A stretch of 64,000 nt of DNA from Tubulanus polymorphus (lineage: Eukaryota > Animalia > Nemertea), in the NCBI RefSeq assembly GCF_964204645.1, contig NC_134030.1, positions 15,500,110-15,564,109 of the forward strand, read 5' to 3'. Every line of letters begins with the position of its first letter. Within the stretch, counting starts at the first letter, position 1. The notes beneath the pieces are model-generated. The model was given only the letters and a program-made list of their open reading frames with translations. It did not search any database and was not told the DNA's origin. Shown here one piece after another: positions 62,501 to 64,000 of the stretch. The position numbers and the translations under genes were made by a program.

Positions 62501-64000
62501 CATAAAATACAACTTTGCAATTGATCATAGTAACAAAATATGCCTAGGTACCAATCTAAAAAGAAAATACTAAGACATTCTACTATTCAACGCCCCCTGG
62601 TGACTATATGGAATAACTAATGTCCTTAAAAACTCACCACAATCATAGACGATGTCATGAACTACAACTTTGCAATAGATCATGGTAACAAAATATGCCT
62701 TGGTACAAATATAGCAATACTAAGTTATTGTATATACATACAAAAACCAATGACCTTGAAACTCACCAAAATCATAGAACACGTTATGGGCTACAACTTT
62801 CCAATTGAATATAGCAACACAATATGCTTAGGTATCAATTTAATGTGGAAAAACTTTTTCCCACCTCAGTACTGATGACACCAAGATGGCCGCCAATTGC
62901 GTCATAATTGGCTGATCAAAGATACTTGTCCCAGGTATAAAACATCCCTCTCTAAAGAATACCCATCAGCAATTGCAATGAGAAATGGCAAACCAGTAGG
63001 AAGCTACGTGACCTAGAATTTTGGCCAAAATTGACATTTTTGGGCACTAAAAAGGTCATAGGACGGCCATCTTGAGTCAGATCGACCCAATTTTCTTATG
63101 CTGATGGGCCTTTGGTAGATTCAAATATAAACGAAAGATCAAGGTAATTGATCAAAGCGTCTTCAAAATTTCCCACGAAAACTTCGAAAATGTTTAAACA
63201 GTGCTGATTTTGGCAAACAACAATGGCTGCCAGTCGGCCATCTTGAATCTGATAGGGCCAGTTTTTGGGCTGACGATGTGTCTAGGGTAGATACATGTAT
63301 AAACCAAATATCAAGACATTACCTTGAAGTGTCTTCAAAACTTCCCAAAATAACTGGATTCCGTCTATGGACGGACCGACGGACGAAAAGTGAACGCAAT
63401 AGCCCGCTGGGACTAAAGTCCCAAGTGGACTGAAAAATAATTGTTGCGGGCGACAAAACCAAAATATTGAATTGTCGCGGGCGACAAAACCAAACTAATG
63501 AATTGTCGCGGGCGACAAAACCAAACTAATGAATTGTCGCGGGCGATAAAACCAAACTAATGAATTGTCGCGGGCGATAAAACAAAAATATTGAATCGTC
63601 TCGGGCGACAAAAACAAAATATTGAATCGTCGCGGGCGACAAAATCAAAATAATGAATTGTCGCGGGCGACAAAACCAAAATAATGAATTGTCGCGGGCG
63701 ATAAAACCAAAATAATGAATGGTCTCGGGCGACAAAACCAAAATAATGAATTGTCGCGGGCGATAAAACCAAAATATTGAATTGTCGCGGGCGACAAAAC
63801 CACAAAAAAAATTGGCACGGGCGATAAAAACAAAATATAAAACCAAAATAATGAATTGTCGTGGGCGATAAAACCAAAATATTGAATTGTCGCGGGCGAT
63901 AAAACCAAAATAACCAATTGTCGCGGGCGATAAAACCAAAATAATGAATTATCACGGGCGATAAAACCAAAATATTGAATTGTTGCGGGCGATTAAACCA
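53595..64000. repeat. 31-bp satellite (aattgtcgcgggcga(c/t)aaaaccaaaata(a/t)tg) with a 3755-bp higher-order duplication
   Basis: Hundreds of monomers. Identical pseudo-ORFs recur at +3755 (53754/57509, 55049/58804, 56540/60295). Confidence 0.97.
62205..63433. mobile_element. HINE/DINE-1-like (Helentron-associated) element inserted in the satellite
   Basis: aactag start, ~155-bp internal tandem repeats (62280-62850), (gacg)n microsatellite, terminal hairpin tgggact/agtccca, A-rich flanks. Confidence 0.6.

Noticed and set aside
53595-64000. CRISPR-like array and the many FWFCRPRQ ORFs
   Set aside because: There are no unique spacers and no cas genes. The ORFs are translations of the satellite in all three minus frames.

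Overview
AT-rich animal genomic DNA (spliceosomal introns; invertebrate-type, possibly lophotrochozoan) dominated by nested mobile elements. One intact host gene is present: a 4-exon MFSD4/NaGLT1-like MFS transporter on the minus strand (41091->17531, 490 aa when spliced). A spliced tandem-PC4-domain gene sits at the left edge. The window is a Polinton/Maverick hotspot. A decayed element at ~2.6-13.3 kb carries pPolB with an endonuclease-VII-like insert, two conserved membrane-associated ORFs, a major capsid protein and a chromodomain integrase, and it is interrupted by an L2 LINE, a 9-bp-TSD MITE and a Penelope element with a hammerhead ribozyme. Further pPolB and penton relics lie at 25-27.7 kb, and another Polinton end at 51293 runs into a >10 kb 31-bp satellite. 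The most striking feature is a set of palindromic, non-autonomous elements with AGTAAT...ATTACT ends: 410 bp, 3.9 kb (TSD GATAAG) and 3.5 kb (TSD CACCCC). The two larger ones share a TIR - zinc-finger ORF - tandem array - small membrane ORF cassette and look like integrated snap-back (defective) Polinton genomes. Also present are an ISL2EU-type transposon (THAP-DDE transposase plus SWIM/YqaJ protein), several MITEs with clean TSDs, SINEs and a HINE-like element. All family assignments come from motif recognition by eye; no database searches were run.
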